52,363 nt of DNA from Bacillota bacterium. GTDB taxonomy: Bacteria > Bacillota > Clostridia > DUPQ01. A program made the translations under genes and the position numbers. Positions 34,457 through 44,679 of the stretch are shown here, one piece after another. How positions within the stretch are numbered: the stretch's first letter is position 1; each line of letters begins with the position of its first letter. Location: the NCBI GenBank assembly GCA_036743175.1, contig DAINQB010000010.1:1-52363 (forward strand). The letters run 5' to 3'. A model generated the notes under the pieces. That model was given only the letters and a program-made list of their open reading frames with translations, had not been told where the DNA came from and searched no databases.

Positions 34457-35704
34457 ATGATGGAATTTCTTGCCCAGGAACACATAAAGATCAATTATCA
34501 TGATGACGGCAGGCTATCAAGCTACAGTCCGGGCATCCTGGTAACCGGTAACGGAAGAATTGTCGTAACTGCAGAAACTTCCGGAAGCAATGAAGCGATG
34601 GAACAGTTTGCCGTAAAGGGGAAAAGATACGGAGGTTATACCCAGGGGAGAATATACATTTCCGATGACGGTGTTTCCTTTGAATTGAAACACAGGTACC
34701 CGTTCATGCATGCAAGACCCTTTGAATTCGAAGGAAGACTTTATGTTCTGGGACAATGCAACGACCTGATGATTATATCGTCAGATGACAATGGTGACAC
34801 CTGGAGTCCGCCGGTCAGACTTACTGAAGGCGAAGACTGGCATCAGGCTCCATGCAACGTTCTTCATCATAGAGGTAACATATATATCGTCATGGAAAAA
34901 AGGTCCACGCGTAAAATAACGGGATGGAAGGTGAACAACATAACCCCTGTTCTGATGAGAGGAAATGGGGGATGTGACCTGACTGACAGAAAGAGCTGGA
35001 CATTTGCATCTGAACTGTACTTTGATGAGGCTGTTGACAAGGAGCAGCTCCAGTATTTCGGAGTACCGTTCCATTGGACTACGCCTGACACATATGTTGA
35101 GATAGCTCCTGGAAGAGGATGTGCAGAAATAGGCTGGCTTGAAACAAATATAGTCAGGTTCAATGATGAAAACCATTACTTCCATGACAGAAATGCAATA
35201 CACCTTTTCATGAGGGCGCATACTGGGATGACCGGTTACGGCGCTATGGCAAAGGTTATTGAAAAAAATGACGGGACCATGGAAACCATGCTGGAAACAG
35301 TTCCATCGGGTAAGAAAATTGTTTATATACCCCTGCCCGGAGGACAGATGAAATTCCATATACTGTATGATGAGAAGACCGGGTTATACTGGCTTCTTTC
35401 AACACAGTCCACTGACAGCATGACCAGGGCTGAGATGCTTCCAAAGGAAAGGTACAACCTGCCTGACAATGAAAGAAGACGTTTGGTGCTTCATTTTTCC
35501 AGAAACTGCTTTGACTGGTGTTTTGCAGGAATTGTCACAGCGGGGGAGAAGGAGAACATGGCAAGGCACTATGCATCCATGGCTATATATGGAGATGATC
35601 TGCTGATTGCCTCAAGGTCCGGAGATGAAAAGGCAATCAGCGCACATGATACGAATTTCATATCTTTGCACAGGGTCAGGAATTTCAGAAAGTTGGTATA
35701 TTGA
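34457..35704 (+). CDS. Cytoplasmic Asp-box (BNR) beta-propeller, sialidase/GH33-like
   Basis: Asp-boxes ISDDGVSF, SSDDNGDTW and degenerate FSRNCFDW; ERRRL and HYAS segments at sialidase Arg/Tyr-like positions; no signal peptide. Confidence 0.65.
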   Translation: MMEFLAQEHIKINYHDDGRLSSYSPGILVTGNGRIVVTAETSGSNEAMEQFAVKGKRYGGYTQGRIYISDDGVSFELKHRYPFMHARPFEFEGRLYVLGQCNDLMIISSDDNGDTWSPPVRLTEGEDWHQAPCNVLHHRGNIYIVMEKRSTRKITGWKVNNITPVLMRGNGGCDLTDRKSWTFASELYFDEAVDKEQLQYFGVPFHWTTPDTYVEIAPGRGCAEIGWLETNIVRFNDENHYFHDRNAIHLFMRAHTGMTGYGAMAKVIEKNDGTMETMLETVPSGKKIVYIPLPGGQMKFHILYDEKTGLYWLLSTQSTDSMTRAEMLPKERYNLPDNERRRLVLHFSRNCFDWCFAGIVTAGEKENMARHYASMAIYGDDLLIASRSGDEKAISAHDTNFISLHRVRNFRKLVY

Positions 35705-36618
35705 TGGACAGGGAAATCAAAAAAGGCATATATCCTACAATGGTTACTCCATTTGATGACAGCGGCAGTATTGATTATAAGTCACTGGAAGGATTCATAG
35801 AGAAACTCGAAAATGACGGTGCCGACGGATTGTTTGCAGTATGTCAGTCCAGTGAAATGTTCAATCTGGAACAGAAGGAAAAAACAGAACTTGCCCGCTT
35901 CGTCAAGAGGAAATCAACCCTTGATGTCGTAGCCTCCGGTCATACGCAGAAGTCCGTCGATGAACAGATTGAGGCAATGAAGGAAATGGAGCAGACCGGA
36001 GTGGATGCAGTTGTTCTTATAAGCAATGCATTTGCCGGACCTGATGAGGATGATGATGTATTCCTCAGGAATCTGGATCTATTTCTGAATGGATTCCGGA
36101 CGGATATACAACTGGGTATGTATGAGTGTCCATTTCCTTACAAACGGCTGTTGTCATCAAAGGTTCTTGGATATATCAAGGAAACGGGAAGATTTACTTT
36201 CATGAAGGATACTTCCTGTGATGCCGGTATCATTGGTGAAAGACTTTTACAGACAAAGGGCAGCAGATTTGGTCTTTACAATGCCAACGCACATACACTG
36301 GCTTTCAGCACAATGAACGGGGCGGCAGGTTATTCAGGTGTACATGCAAACATTTCAGTGAAGCTTGTAGCATTCATCATGAATAATCCGGTTCCAATGG
36401 ATATATTCCAGGCAGAGGCACACCGCCTCTTCTATGAATTTGCATACTTCATGAGTAATTCCAAATATCCGGTTTCTGCAAAGATAATGCTGCAAAGGGA
36501 TAATATTTTCAGAACAGTTGAAAGCAGGGTAATAAATCCGGCGACAGTGGGGCCGGACATATACCTGGATTCCATAAGGATGTATGAAAGAATCAAGGAG
36601 TTTGAAAATCAATTATGA
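35704..36618 (+). CDS. DHDPS/N-acetylneuraminate lyase family aldolase
   Basis: GIYPTMVTPFD, GADGLFAVCQSSEM, GMYECP, Schiff-base Lys in FMKDTS. TGATG overlap with the upstream gene. Confidence 0.85.
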   Translation: MDREIKKGIYPTMVTPFDDSGSIDYKSLEGFIEKLENDGADGLFAVCQSSEMFNLEQKEKTELARFVKRKSTLDVVASGHTQKSVDEQIEAMKEMEQTGVDAVVLISNAFAGPDEDDDVFLRNLDLFLNGFRTDIQLGMYECPFPYKRLLSSKVLGYIKETGRFTFMKDTSCDAGIIGERLLQTKGSRFGLYNANAHTLAFSTMNGAAGYSGVHANISVKLVAFIMNNPVPMDIFQAEAHRLFYEFAYFMSNSKYPVSAKIMLQRDNIFRTVESRVINPATVGPDIYLDSIRMYERIKEFENQL

Positions 36619-39146
36619 TAAAAGAGGCAATGTGCGAAAATACAATAAATCCAGTTGGTATCGATGTTCCAAGACCTGTCTTTTCATGGAAATACCAGCT
36701 GCCGGATGAATCATTCTTTCAGACAAACTACAGGATCGTAGTTTATGAAGGTGACATGGTCTGCTGGGATTCAGGGGAAGTTGAAAGCCGTGAAAATCTT
36801 GGAATTGAATATGACGGAATCAACCTTAGGTCCTTGACCAAATATTATTGGGACCTTGAAACAACTGATGACAAAGGAAACCTGTATGAGTCCCGGGAAA
36901 ACATCTTCGTTACAGCCTACCTTGAAAATGACATGGATATCATATGGATATGTCATCCCGGTGAATCTGATAATCCTGTTTTCTATGGGGATTTCTACGT
37001 GAAGGATGAACTCGATTACTGCCTTTGCGCGATATCAGGATTGGGTTACTATGATCTTGCTGTCAATGGTAAGAAAGCAACTCAATACCTCAATATGCCG
37101 GGTTGGACCGATTATGGCCCCAGGAATCTTGAAAATCTTCTTTATCCGTATATTGATCATTCCGGCAAAAGGGTGCTGTACAACCTTCATGATATAACGG
37201 CTCTGCTTGCCAGGGGGCTCAACAGATTCGAGGCAATGCTTGGGAACGGTTTCTTCAATCAGATTGAAAGAGCCATTGAAGGAGACATGTCATATGGGAA
37301 CCCACGGCTTTTCATGGAAATAACCATGATTTACAAGGATGGTTCAAGGGATGTATTCAAGGCTGACGAAAGTATTTTCTGTACCGAAGGTCCCCTTGAA
37401 TTCAACAACATTTATTTCGGGGAAATCCGAAATGACAATCTGGGATCCTCCTTTGACGGAAGCATGCATCCGGAAGTAATGGAATGGGAACACGGCACTA
37501 TGAATAGTCAGTTCAATTCCTTTGACTGCATTGCAGGGGAAGTGACACCAATTGAAATATCTGACGGCATATATGATACCGGCATGAACATGTCCGGAAG
37601 GGTAAGGGTAAGGGCACAGGGACCAAGGGGAGCTCAGTTTACACTCAGATATTTTGAGTCAATGGTTGATGGCAAGCCTGATTACGGACCATCCGGAGGT
37701 GAATGGCAGATACAGGAAAACAAATATATTTTTGGTGAAAACAAAGAGGTCAATTATCATGAGACCTTTGGCTTCAGGGGATTCAGATACTTCAGTCTGG
37801 AAAAGGATGATGACGTCGTTATACTGGATATCAAGGCTGAGGAAATTTACGGAGCCCATAAGGGAGAGAATTACTTTGAATGCGCCGATGAGACCGTCCA
37901 ATGGATTTATGATGCTTATGTAAGGACACAGCTTTCCAACATGCATGGCGGTGTCCCATCAGATTGTCCTCACAGGGAGAGACTCGGGTACACCGGTGAC
38001 GGACAGGTTACCTGTGACAGTGCACTTCTTTCAATTGATTCACAGGCTTTCTACAGGAAGTGGCTGGATGACATTTTGATTTCGCAGGATGCAGAATCAG
38101 GTTTTATCCCTCATACCGTTCCTTTCAGTGGTGGAGGAGGAGGTCCTGCCTGGGGAAGTGCCTGTGCAATTGTACCATGGGTACTTTACAATCATACCTT
38201 TGATCCAAGGATACTGAAGGAAGCTTATCCGGTCATATGCAAATGGATCGGGTACCTTGAAAACAAAAATCCTGACCTCATTGTAAGGAAGGAAGAGGAA
38301 GGCAGCTGGTGTCTTGGAGACTGGTGCCTTCCTGTCGGAGGTTATGAAGTAGAGGAGGTTGACCTCGACGGAATATTCGAAGCAATGGACCCGGCACTTG
38401 TAAATACATGCTATTTCTACAAGTGTATAACAATCTGTATCGACATAGGAAAGATCATAGGGAGAAGCACGGTTCATTTTGAGAGACTGGCCGGGAGGGT
38501 AAGGGAAAGATTCAATGAGGAATTCCTTGACAGGGAAAGAATGACCTATGGCAGCGGGGAGTATTGTTCAAATGTATACCCGCTGGGGTTCGGAATGGTA
38601 CCGGACCAATACAAGAAACAAGTGGCCGGCTCACTCAATGATTATATCGTGGAAAAGAACTATGCCATGATGCTTGGAATATTCGGAGTGTCCCTGATTT
38701 TTGGGGTTCTGTCAGAATATGGATATACGGATACAATAAAAAAAATGCTTGCAGGCACTGATTATCCATCCTTCAGTTATATGAAGAGCCGGGGGGCAAC
38801 CACCATATGGGAAACATGGGACGGCAGGGCTTCAGGAAATCATCCAATGTTCGGCAGTGTTACCGAATATCTGGTCAGGCATCTTGCGGGAATTAGATAT
38901 TTCAACAAAGAGGGTCAGTATCTGTTAGAGCCACAGCTTGATTCAGGTTATGGGCATATTGCTGCCGGAGTTGCCACAGTCCACGGTATGGTTGAGATAA
39001 GCTGGAAAAAGAACGGTGATGTTTATCCTATTACAATAAAACTACCTGGCAACACAAGGGGAGTACTCAAGGCCTTTGGTCAGACAATGGTAGTGCAAAA
39101 CGGTAAAACTAATCTGACTGTTGACCCGTCAGGGAAATTAGTGTAA
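36615..39146 (+). CDS. GH78 alpha-L-rhamnosidase family glycoside hydrolase, no signal peptide
   Basis: NPVGIDVPRPVFSW, ISGLGYY, FRGFRY, PSDCPHRERLGYTGD, WCLGDW, ATTIWETW, NHPMFGS. Confidence 0.88.
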   Translation: MIKEAMCENTINPVGIDVPRPVFSWKYQLPDESFFQTNYRIVVYEGDMVCWDSGEVESRENLGIEYDGINLRSLTKYYWDLETTDDKGNLYESRENIFVTAYLENDMDIIWICHPGESDNPVFYGDFYVKDELDYCLCAISGLGYYDLAVNGKKATQYLNMPGWTDYGPRNLENLLYPYIDHSGKRVLYNLHDITALLARGLNRFEAMLGNGFFNQIERAIEGDMSYGNPRLFMEITMIYKDGSRDVFKADESIFCTEGPLEFNNIYFGEIRNDNLGSSFDGSMHPEVMEWEHGTMNSQFNSFDCIAGEVTPIEISDGIYDTGMNMSGRVRVRAQGPRGAQFTLRYFESMVDGKPDYGPSGGEWQIQENKYIFGENKEVNYHETFGFRGFRYFSLEKDDDVVILDIKAEEIYGAHKGENYFECADETVQWIYDAYVRTQLSNMHGGVPSDCPHRERLGYTGDGQVTCDSALLSIDSQAFYRKWLDDILISQDAESGFIPHTVPFSGGGGGPAWGSACAIVPWVLYNHTFDPRILKEAYPVICKWIGYLENKNPDLIVRKEEEGSWCLGDWCLPVGGYEVEEVDLDGIFEAMDPALVNTCYFYKCITICIDIGKIIGRSTVHFERLAGRVRERFNEEFLDRERMTYGSGEYCSNVYPLGFGMVPDQYKKQVAGSLNDYIVEKNYAMMLGIFGVSLIFGVLSEYGYTDTIKKMLAGTDYPSFSYMKSRGATTIWETWDGRASGNHPMFGSVTEYLVRHLAGIRYFNKEGQYLLEPQLDSGYGHIAAGVATVHGMVEISWKKNGDVYPITIKLPGNTRGVLKAFGQTMVVQNGKTNLTVDPSGKLV

Positions 39147-40273
39147 TGAAAATAGTAGTCATCTGCATATTTGGAATAGAATCAGTTACTGCAAAGGAAC
39201 TTCGAGACCTTGGCTTCAGGGACCTGGATGTAAGCAATGGTAGAATTTCATTTGAGGGTGACTTCAAGGATATCGCAAAATGCAATCTGAATCTTCGTAC
39301 CGCCGAAAGAGTATATATTGAAGTCGCGGGATTCAAGGCCTTTGATTTTGATACCCTTTATGACGGGATCAGACAGATTTCCTGGAATGATATAATGCCA
39401 TCCAATGCAAGCATACCTGTAAGGGCTTCAAGCATAGATTCAAGGCTCTACAGCACAAGGGACTGTCAGAGCATATCAAAAAAGGCAATTGCAGACAGTC
39501 TCTGCAGTGCCTATGGTCTGCAAAGACTGGAAGAAGACGGAGCAATTTATCCCATTGAAGTATTCATACACAGGGATATTGCATCAATATGTCTTGACAC
39601 AACGGGGACAGGACTGCATAAAAGGGGATACAGGTTATTGAATGTAGAGGCCCCTCTGAAGGAAACCATAGCTGCAGCATTGATAGGAATATCATATTGG
39701 AAACCGGGAAGAGTATTGCTTGACCCCTTCTGCGGTTCGGGAACATTTGCAATTGAAGCAGCTCAGATGCAGCAGGGAATCCCTCCGGGCATCAACAGGA
39801 GCTTTGGCTTTGAAGGATGGAGCAATGTTTATGAAGTAACATTGAATGGGCTGAAAAATGAAGCCATGGGGGATATACGTCACGAAGGAGAATGTGTGAT
39901 ATTCGGCAGTGACATTTCAGCTCAAAACATTGAAATTGCACTTAAGCATGCTGAAATGGCCGGGGTTGGAAAATTCATAAGATTCTCTGTAAAAGATTTC
40001 AGGAAGATTGAAAAGGACCATGAGTACGGAATCATGATTGCAAATCCTCCATATGGACTGAGGCTTTCCGATAAGTCAGAAATAATCGGGATGTACGCTG
40101 ATCTTGGAAGAAAGATGAAGGAGTTCGATACATGGTCAAAATATATACTGACCGATGATGACAACTTCGAAAGGAACAGCGGATGCCGGGCAAGCAGGAA
40201 AAGGAAAATTTACAATGGTACCATAAGATGTACATTTTATCAGTACTTCGGACCCAGTCCGAACAACCGTTAG
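39146..40273 (+). CDS. THUMP-domain class I SAM RNA methyltransferase (RlmL/YpsC-like)
   Basis: NLNLRTAERV, LDTTGTGLHKRGYR, APLKETIAAA, DPFCGSGT, ANPPYG. Confidence 0.92.
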   Translation: MKIVVICIFGIESVTAKELRDLGFRDLDVSNGRISFEGDFKDIAKCNLNLRTAERVYIEVAGFKAFDFDTLYDGIRQISWNDIMPSNASIPVRASSIDSRLYSTRDCQSISKKAIADSLCSAYGLQRLEEDGAIYPIEVFIHRDIASICLDTTGTGLHKRGYRLLNVEAPLKETIAAALIGISYWKPGRVLLDPFCGSGTFAIEAAQMQQGIPPGINRSFGFEGWSNVYEVTLNGLKNEAMGDIRHEGECVIFGSDISAQNIEIALKHAEMAGVGKFIRFSVKDFRKIEKDHEYGIMIANPPYGLRLSDKSEIIGMYADLGRKMKEFDTWSKYILTDDDNFERNSGCRASRKRKIYNGTIRCTFYQYFGPSPNNR

Positions 40274-40333
40274 TTACTTGACTAAAAATCAACAAGGATA
40301 TAATATTAGACTATCAAAAATGGAGGTAGAATC

Positions 40334-40609
40334 ATGAACAAATCGGAATTAGTAGGAGCTGTTGCCGAAAAAACCGGACTTTCCCGCAAGGATGCTGAAA
40401 AGGCATGCAATGCATTTACAGATGTACTTACGGAAGCAATGGTTGCAGGCGATAAGGTTTCTTTGGTAGGTTTCGGTACATTCAGTGTTAAGGAAAGACC
40501 GGCTAGGGAAGGCATCAATCCATCCACCATGGAAAAAATTACTATTGCTGCTTCAAAGGCACCTGTTTTCAAAGCAGGAAAAGCCCTGAAGGATGTTGTA
40601 AACAAATAA
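40334..40609 (+). CDS. hup: DNA-binding protein HU
   Basis: MNKSELVGAVAEK, VGFGTFSVKERPAREGINP, PVFKAGKALKD. Confidence 0.96.
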   Translation: MNKSELVGAVAEKTGLSRKDAEKACNAFTDVLTEAMVAGDKVSLVGFGTFSVKERPAREGINPSTMEKITIAASKAPVFKAGKALKDVVNK

Positions 40610-40616
40610 TTTTTTC

Positions 40617-40645
40617 GGGGGCCTTGCAAAAGGCCCCTTGTTTAT
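40617..40645 (+). terminator. Hairpin after hup (probable terminator)
   Basis: GGGGCCTT-GCAA-AAGGCCCC followed by TTGTTT. Confidence 0.6.
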
Positions 40646-40649
40646 TGCC

Positions 40650-41492
40650 ATGAGAAAGATTGATACAAAAACCATAAGAAGTGCAATTGAAAGAATGTGC
40701 ATAGAGGCATCGTACAATATTCCGGAGGAAGTAGTACGATGTTATTATAATGCGGCTGAAATAGAAGAAAGCCCGCTTGCCAGGGGCATTCTCGGCCAGA
40801 TAATTGAAAACGCAGAATACTCAAAAATGAACAATCTGCCATCCTGCCAGGATACAGGTATGGTTGTTGTATTTTTGAATATTGGCAGAGAGGTTCATTT
40901 CACAGGGAGTCCCCTTGAGGATATGGTCAACGAGGGAGTGGCTTCTGGCTATGAGAAGGGATACCTTAGAAAATCAGTCGTTGCCCATCCAATTGACAGG
41001 GTAAACACAGGCAGCAATACACCGGCTGTGATCCATTACGACTTCACAGACGGGGACAAGGTCCATATAAGCCTTATGCCGAAGGGTTTTGGAAGTGAGA
41101 ATATGAGCGCACTTGCCATGCTGAAGCCATCAGACGGTATTGAAGGCGTCAGAAGATTTGTATTGAATACAGTCGACGCCGCAGGTGCCAATGCCTGTCC
41201 GCCGCTTTTCATTGGAATAGGTATTGGAGGTACCGCTGAAAAAGCAATGCTTCTGTCAAAAAAGGCTCTTATGAGATCACCCGGAACAAGGAGTGAAAAT
41301 AAAACTGATGCAGGACTTGAAGCGGATTTGATTGATCTATTGAACAAAACCGGTATTGGAGCAGCCGGAACAGGAGGAACTATAACTGTTTTTGATGTTT
41401 TCGTTGAATCCTTTCCGACACATATTGCAGGTCTCCCCGTAGCCGTCAACATATGCTGTCATGCAATGAGACACAAGGAGGCGGTAATCTGA
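40650..41492 (+). CDS. Fe-S hydro-lyase (fumarate hydratase/tartrate dehydratase type) alpha subunit
   Basis: PSCQDTG, YLRKSVV, PKGFGSEN, ACPP, HIAGLPVAVNICCHA. Confidence 0.92.
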   Translation: MRKIDTKTIRSAIERMCIEASYNIPEEVVRCYYNAAEIEESPLARGILGQIIENAEYSKMNNLPSCQDTGMVVVFLNIGREVHFTGSPLEDMVNEGVASGYEKGYLRKSVVAHPIDRVNTGSNTPAVIHYDFTDGDKVHISLMPKGFGSENMSALAMLKPSDGIEGVRRFVLNTVDAAGANACPPLFIGIGIGGTAEKAMLLSKKALMRSPGTRSENKTDAGLEADLIDLLNKTGIGAAGTGGTITVFDVFVESFPTHIAGLPVAVNICCHAMRHKEAVI

Positions 41493-42046
41493 TGGAGAAG
41501 AAACTAATATACCCATGGTCCAGGGAAGTCATACGGGCTCTTCGGTCCGGAGATTCCGTTCTGATAACAGGTACAATATATATGGCCAGGGACGCTGCCC
41601 ATGCAAAGATGACAGAGGATTACAGGCTGACTGGAAAATTTCCCTTTGACATCAAAGGACAGGCTATTTATTATGCCGGACCTGCCCCTGCTGCACCCGG
41701 AAAAGTCATTGGACCGGCAGGACCGACGACCAGCGGAAGAATGGATAAGTTTACTCCGCTTCTTCTAGATAACGGACTTTACATGATGATAGGAAAAGGC
41801 GGCAGAAGCATGGAAGTGGTGGATTCCATGAAAAAGAACGGTTGTGCCTATCTTGCGGCCACCGGAGGAGTTGCAGCACTGTTGTCAGAGTGCATTAAGA
41901 AACAGGAGATAATATCATATCCTGAACTCGGTCCTGAAGCGCTTCGCAAATTGTATGTTGAAGATTTTCCGGCAATTGTTATAATAGACTGCGACGGAAA
42001 CAACCTGTATGAAACCGGAAAACAAAAGTACAGGAAAAACATATAA
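41492..42046 (+). CDS. Fe-S hydro-lyase beta subunit
   Basis: ARDAAH, YYAGP, GPTTSGRMD, MIGKG, LGPEAL; TGATG coupling to the alpha subunit. Confidence 0.92.
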   Translation: MEKKLIYPWSREVIRALRSGDSVLITGTIYMARDAAHAKMTEDYRLTGKFPFDIKGQAIYYAGPAPAAPGKVIGPAGPTTSGRMDKFTPLLLDNGLYMMIGKGGRSMEVVDSMKKNGCAYLAATGGVAALLSECIKKQEIISYPELGPEALRKLYVEDFPAIVIIDCDGNNLYETGKQKYRKNI

Positions 42047-42064
42047 CAGCGAGGGTAAGAATTG

Positions 42065-43279
42065 ATGCAGTCAAAAATCAGGATGAAAACTCCACTGGTT
42101 GAAATGGACGGGGATGAAATGACCCGTGTGCTCTGGGCAATGATCAAGGAAAAGCTCATTGAACCATATGTAGAACTCAGGACTGAGTATTATGATCTGG
42201 GTCTCACAAACAGGGATGATACAAACGATGGAGTAACCGTTGAGGCTGCCAACGCTATAAAGAAATATGGTGTAGGCGTCAAATGCGCAACCATAACACC
42301 TAATGCACAGAGAGTGTCAGAATATAATCTGAAGGAAATGTGGAAAAGTCCCAACGGTACAATCCGTTCCATACTTGATGGTACTGTTTTCAGGGAACCC
42401 ATAATGGTTGATAACATCAAACCTTATGTAAGGACATGGGAAGAGTCAATCATCATTGCCAGACATGCATATGGCGATGTCTATTCTGCGGTAGAAATGC
42501 AGATTGACGGTCCGGGAACTGCAGAGCTTGTTTTCACTTCAGAAACCGGTGAAAGAAAATCCAGGGTTATAAAAGGATTCAACGGCAAAGGTATAATACA
42601 GGGAATGCACAACACGGAAGAATCCATCAGCCATTTCGCACATTCATGTTTCAGATATGCCCTTGATAGAAAAAGGGATCTGTGGTTTGCAACAAAGGAC
42701 ACCATATCAAAGACCTATGACCACAGGTTCAAGGATATATTCGAGGAAATATATGAATCCGAATACAGGGAGCTTTTTGAAGCAGCCGGAATAGAGTATT
42801 TCTATACCCTCATAGATGACATCGTGGCAAGGATAATCAGCGGACGGGGTGGAATGGTATGGGCCTGCAAGAATTATGACGGGGATGTTATGTCTGATCT
42901 TGTTGCAAGGGCCTTTGGAAGCCTTTCAATGATGACCAGTGTACTTGTTTCACCGGAGGGCTGCTATGAATATGAAGCGGCTCATGGAACTGTCACAAGG
43001 CATTATTACAAGTACCTCAAGGGCGAGAAGACATCAACCAACAGCATGGCTACTATATTTGCATGGAGCGGGGCATTGCATAAGCGCGGGGAACTCGATG
43101 GAAATGACGCTTTGATTGCCTTCGCAGAGAGGCTTGAGGAAGCCAGCAGGGAAACAATTGAGTCAGGAATTATGACAGGTGACATGGCGATTCTTTGTGA
43201 CAGCCCTGATGTCAGGGTTGCGGATGCAGAGGAACTGCTTGACGAGATTGCAAAAAGACTTGAAATCAAAATGATGTGA
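42065..43279 (+). CDS. icd: NADP-dependent isocitrate dehydrogenase (eukaryote-like subfamily)
   Basis: VEMDGDEMTR, KCATITP, SPNGTIR, ARHAYGD, CKNYDGDVMSD, EAAHGTVTRHY. Confidence 0.95.
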   Translation: MQSKIRMKTPLVEMDGDEMTRVLWAMIKEKLIEPYVELRTEYYDLGLTNRDDTNDGVTVEAANAIKKYGVGVKCATITPNAQRVSEYNLKEMWKSPNGTIRSILDGTVFREPIMVDNIKPYVRTWEESIIIARHAYGDVYSAVEMQIDGPGTAELVFTSETGERKSRVIKGFNGKGIIQGMHNTEESISHFAHSCFRYALDRKRDLWFATKDTISKTYDHRFKDIFEEIYESEYRELFEAAGIEYFYTLIDDIVARIISGRGGMVWACKNYDGDVMSDLVARAFGSLSMMTSVLVSPEGCYEYEAAHGTVTRHYYKYLKGEKTSTNSMATIFAWSGALHKRGELDGNDALIAFAERLEEASRETIESGIMTGDMAILCDSPDVRVADAEELLDEIAKRLEIKMM

Positions 43280-43328
43280 AAATAAAATTTCACTGGGTAT
43301 AAGTAAACATTGATATTTGGAGGTATTT

Positions 43329-43529
43329 ATGGCAAAGGTAACAAAAGACATGATTATACTGGATGTATTGAAGATGGACCCTGATTGTGCACAGATATTT
43401 TTCAGGAACGGTCTTCATTGTGTGGGATGTCCTTCGGCATCCGGTGAGTCAATAGAGGATGCATCAGCCGTACATGGACTTGATGCAAACAAACTCATAA
43501 AGGAACTCAACGAGTATTTTGAAGCCTGA
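43329..43529 (+). CDS. DUF1858 domain protein
   Basis: VTKDMII..V, GLHCVGCPSASGESIEDA..VHG. Confidence 0.88.
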   Translation: MAKVTKDMIILDVLKMDPDCAQIFFRNGLHCVGCPSASGESIEDASAVHGLDANKLIKELNEYFEA

Positions 43530-43533
43530 TCTG

Positions 43534-44679
43534 ATGAACAAGAAATCTCAGGTCGGTATCTTTGCATGCAGCACCTATGACGAGAACGAGGTCTATGGTG
43601 CTGTTTGCAATGTATTGGAGTCCCTAGGAGGGGTCGGGGCATTCATAAGGGAGGGAATGGTTGTAGCTTTGAAACCAAATCTTCTGCTGCCCATGTCCCC
43701 ATCGGTCAATGCAACGACAAATCCTGCAATAGTAGGTGCTGTCGGACGCATAGTAAAAGAAGCAGGTGCATTTCCGGTTGTCGTGGAAAGTCCCGGCGGA
43801 CCATATTCAAAGACAACATTGAAGACCACATACAGGGTTTGTGGTATAACGGATGTATGCAGCAGATACGGCATTGAATTGAATTATGATACAACAACTG
43901 TAAAGGCCGTTGCAGATGCCTACGGCAGGACAAGAAGCTTCAATATTCTGAAACCTCTTGCAGAGGCTGATCTTGTAATAAACCTTCCGAAACTAAAAAC
44001 GCATGGTATGATGGCATATACCGGAGCCGTCAAGAATATGTTCGGCGCAATAGCCGGAACAGAAAAAGCAACCCACCACATGAATGTTCCTGATTATGAT
44101 GCCTTTGCATCCAATATGATTGACATCTGTATTGCATCCAACCCGGGCCTTACAATCATGGACGGAGTAGAAGCGATGGAGGGCAACGGACCATCTGCAG
44201 GAACAACGAGAAAACTCGGGGTAATACTTGGTTCTTCCAATCCTTTTGCCCTTGATATGGCTTGCCATGACATCATAGGACTTGCTGCAGAAGAATCATA
44301 TATCATGAGTACAGCCATCAGCCGGGGTATTTCTGTAGAATATGAGGGTGTCGGTGATGACATAAAAGAGTTCATGGTAACGGACTTCAATATACCTTAT
44401 AGGAAAGGCGGCGGTAATCTTAGAAGGACCCTTCTTAACAATAAGCTGCTTACTTCATTCAAGGCAAAACCGGTGGTTGACAAAGAGATGTGCGTAGGCT
44501 GTGGAATATGCAAAAGGAATTGTCCGGCAGAAGTGATTTCAATGGTAAACAAAAAACCCGACTTTGATTACAAAGGTTGCATCAGGTGTTTCTGCTGCCA
44601 GGAATTGTGTCCGGAGCATGCTATTTCAATAAAGGAACCTTTCATTATAAAGATTTTGAAAGCCGGAAGGAAAAGATAA
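43534..44679 (+). CDS. DUF362 domain protein with C-terminal 2x[4Fe-4S] ferredoxin domain
   Basis: LKPNLL, INLPKLKTH, GAVKNMFG, MEGNGP; CVGCGICKRNCP and CIRCFCCQELCP. Confidence 0.9.
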   Translation: MNKKSQVGIFACSTYDENEVYGAVCNVLESLGGVGAFIREGMVVALKPNLLLPMSPSVNATTNPAIVGAVGRIVKEAGAFPVVVESPGGPYSKTTLKTTYRVCGITDVCSRYGIELNYDTTTVKAVADAYGRTRSFNILKPLAEADLVINLPKLKTHGMMAYTGAVKNMFGAIAGTEKATHHMNVPDYDAFASNMIDICIASNPGLTIMDGVEAMEGNGPSAGTTRKLGVILGSSNPFALDMACHDIIGLAAEESYIMSTAISRGISVEYEGVGDDIKEFMVTDFNIPYRKGGGNLRRTLLNNKLLTSFKAKPVVDKEMCVGCGICKRNCPAEVISMVNKKPDFDYKGCIRCFCCQELCPEHAISIKEPFIIKILKAGRKR

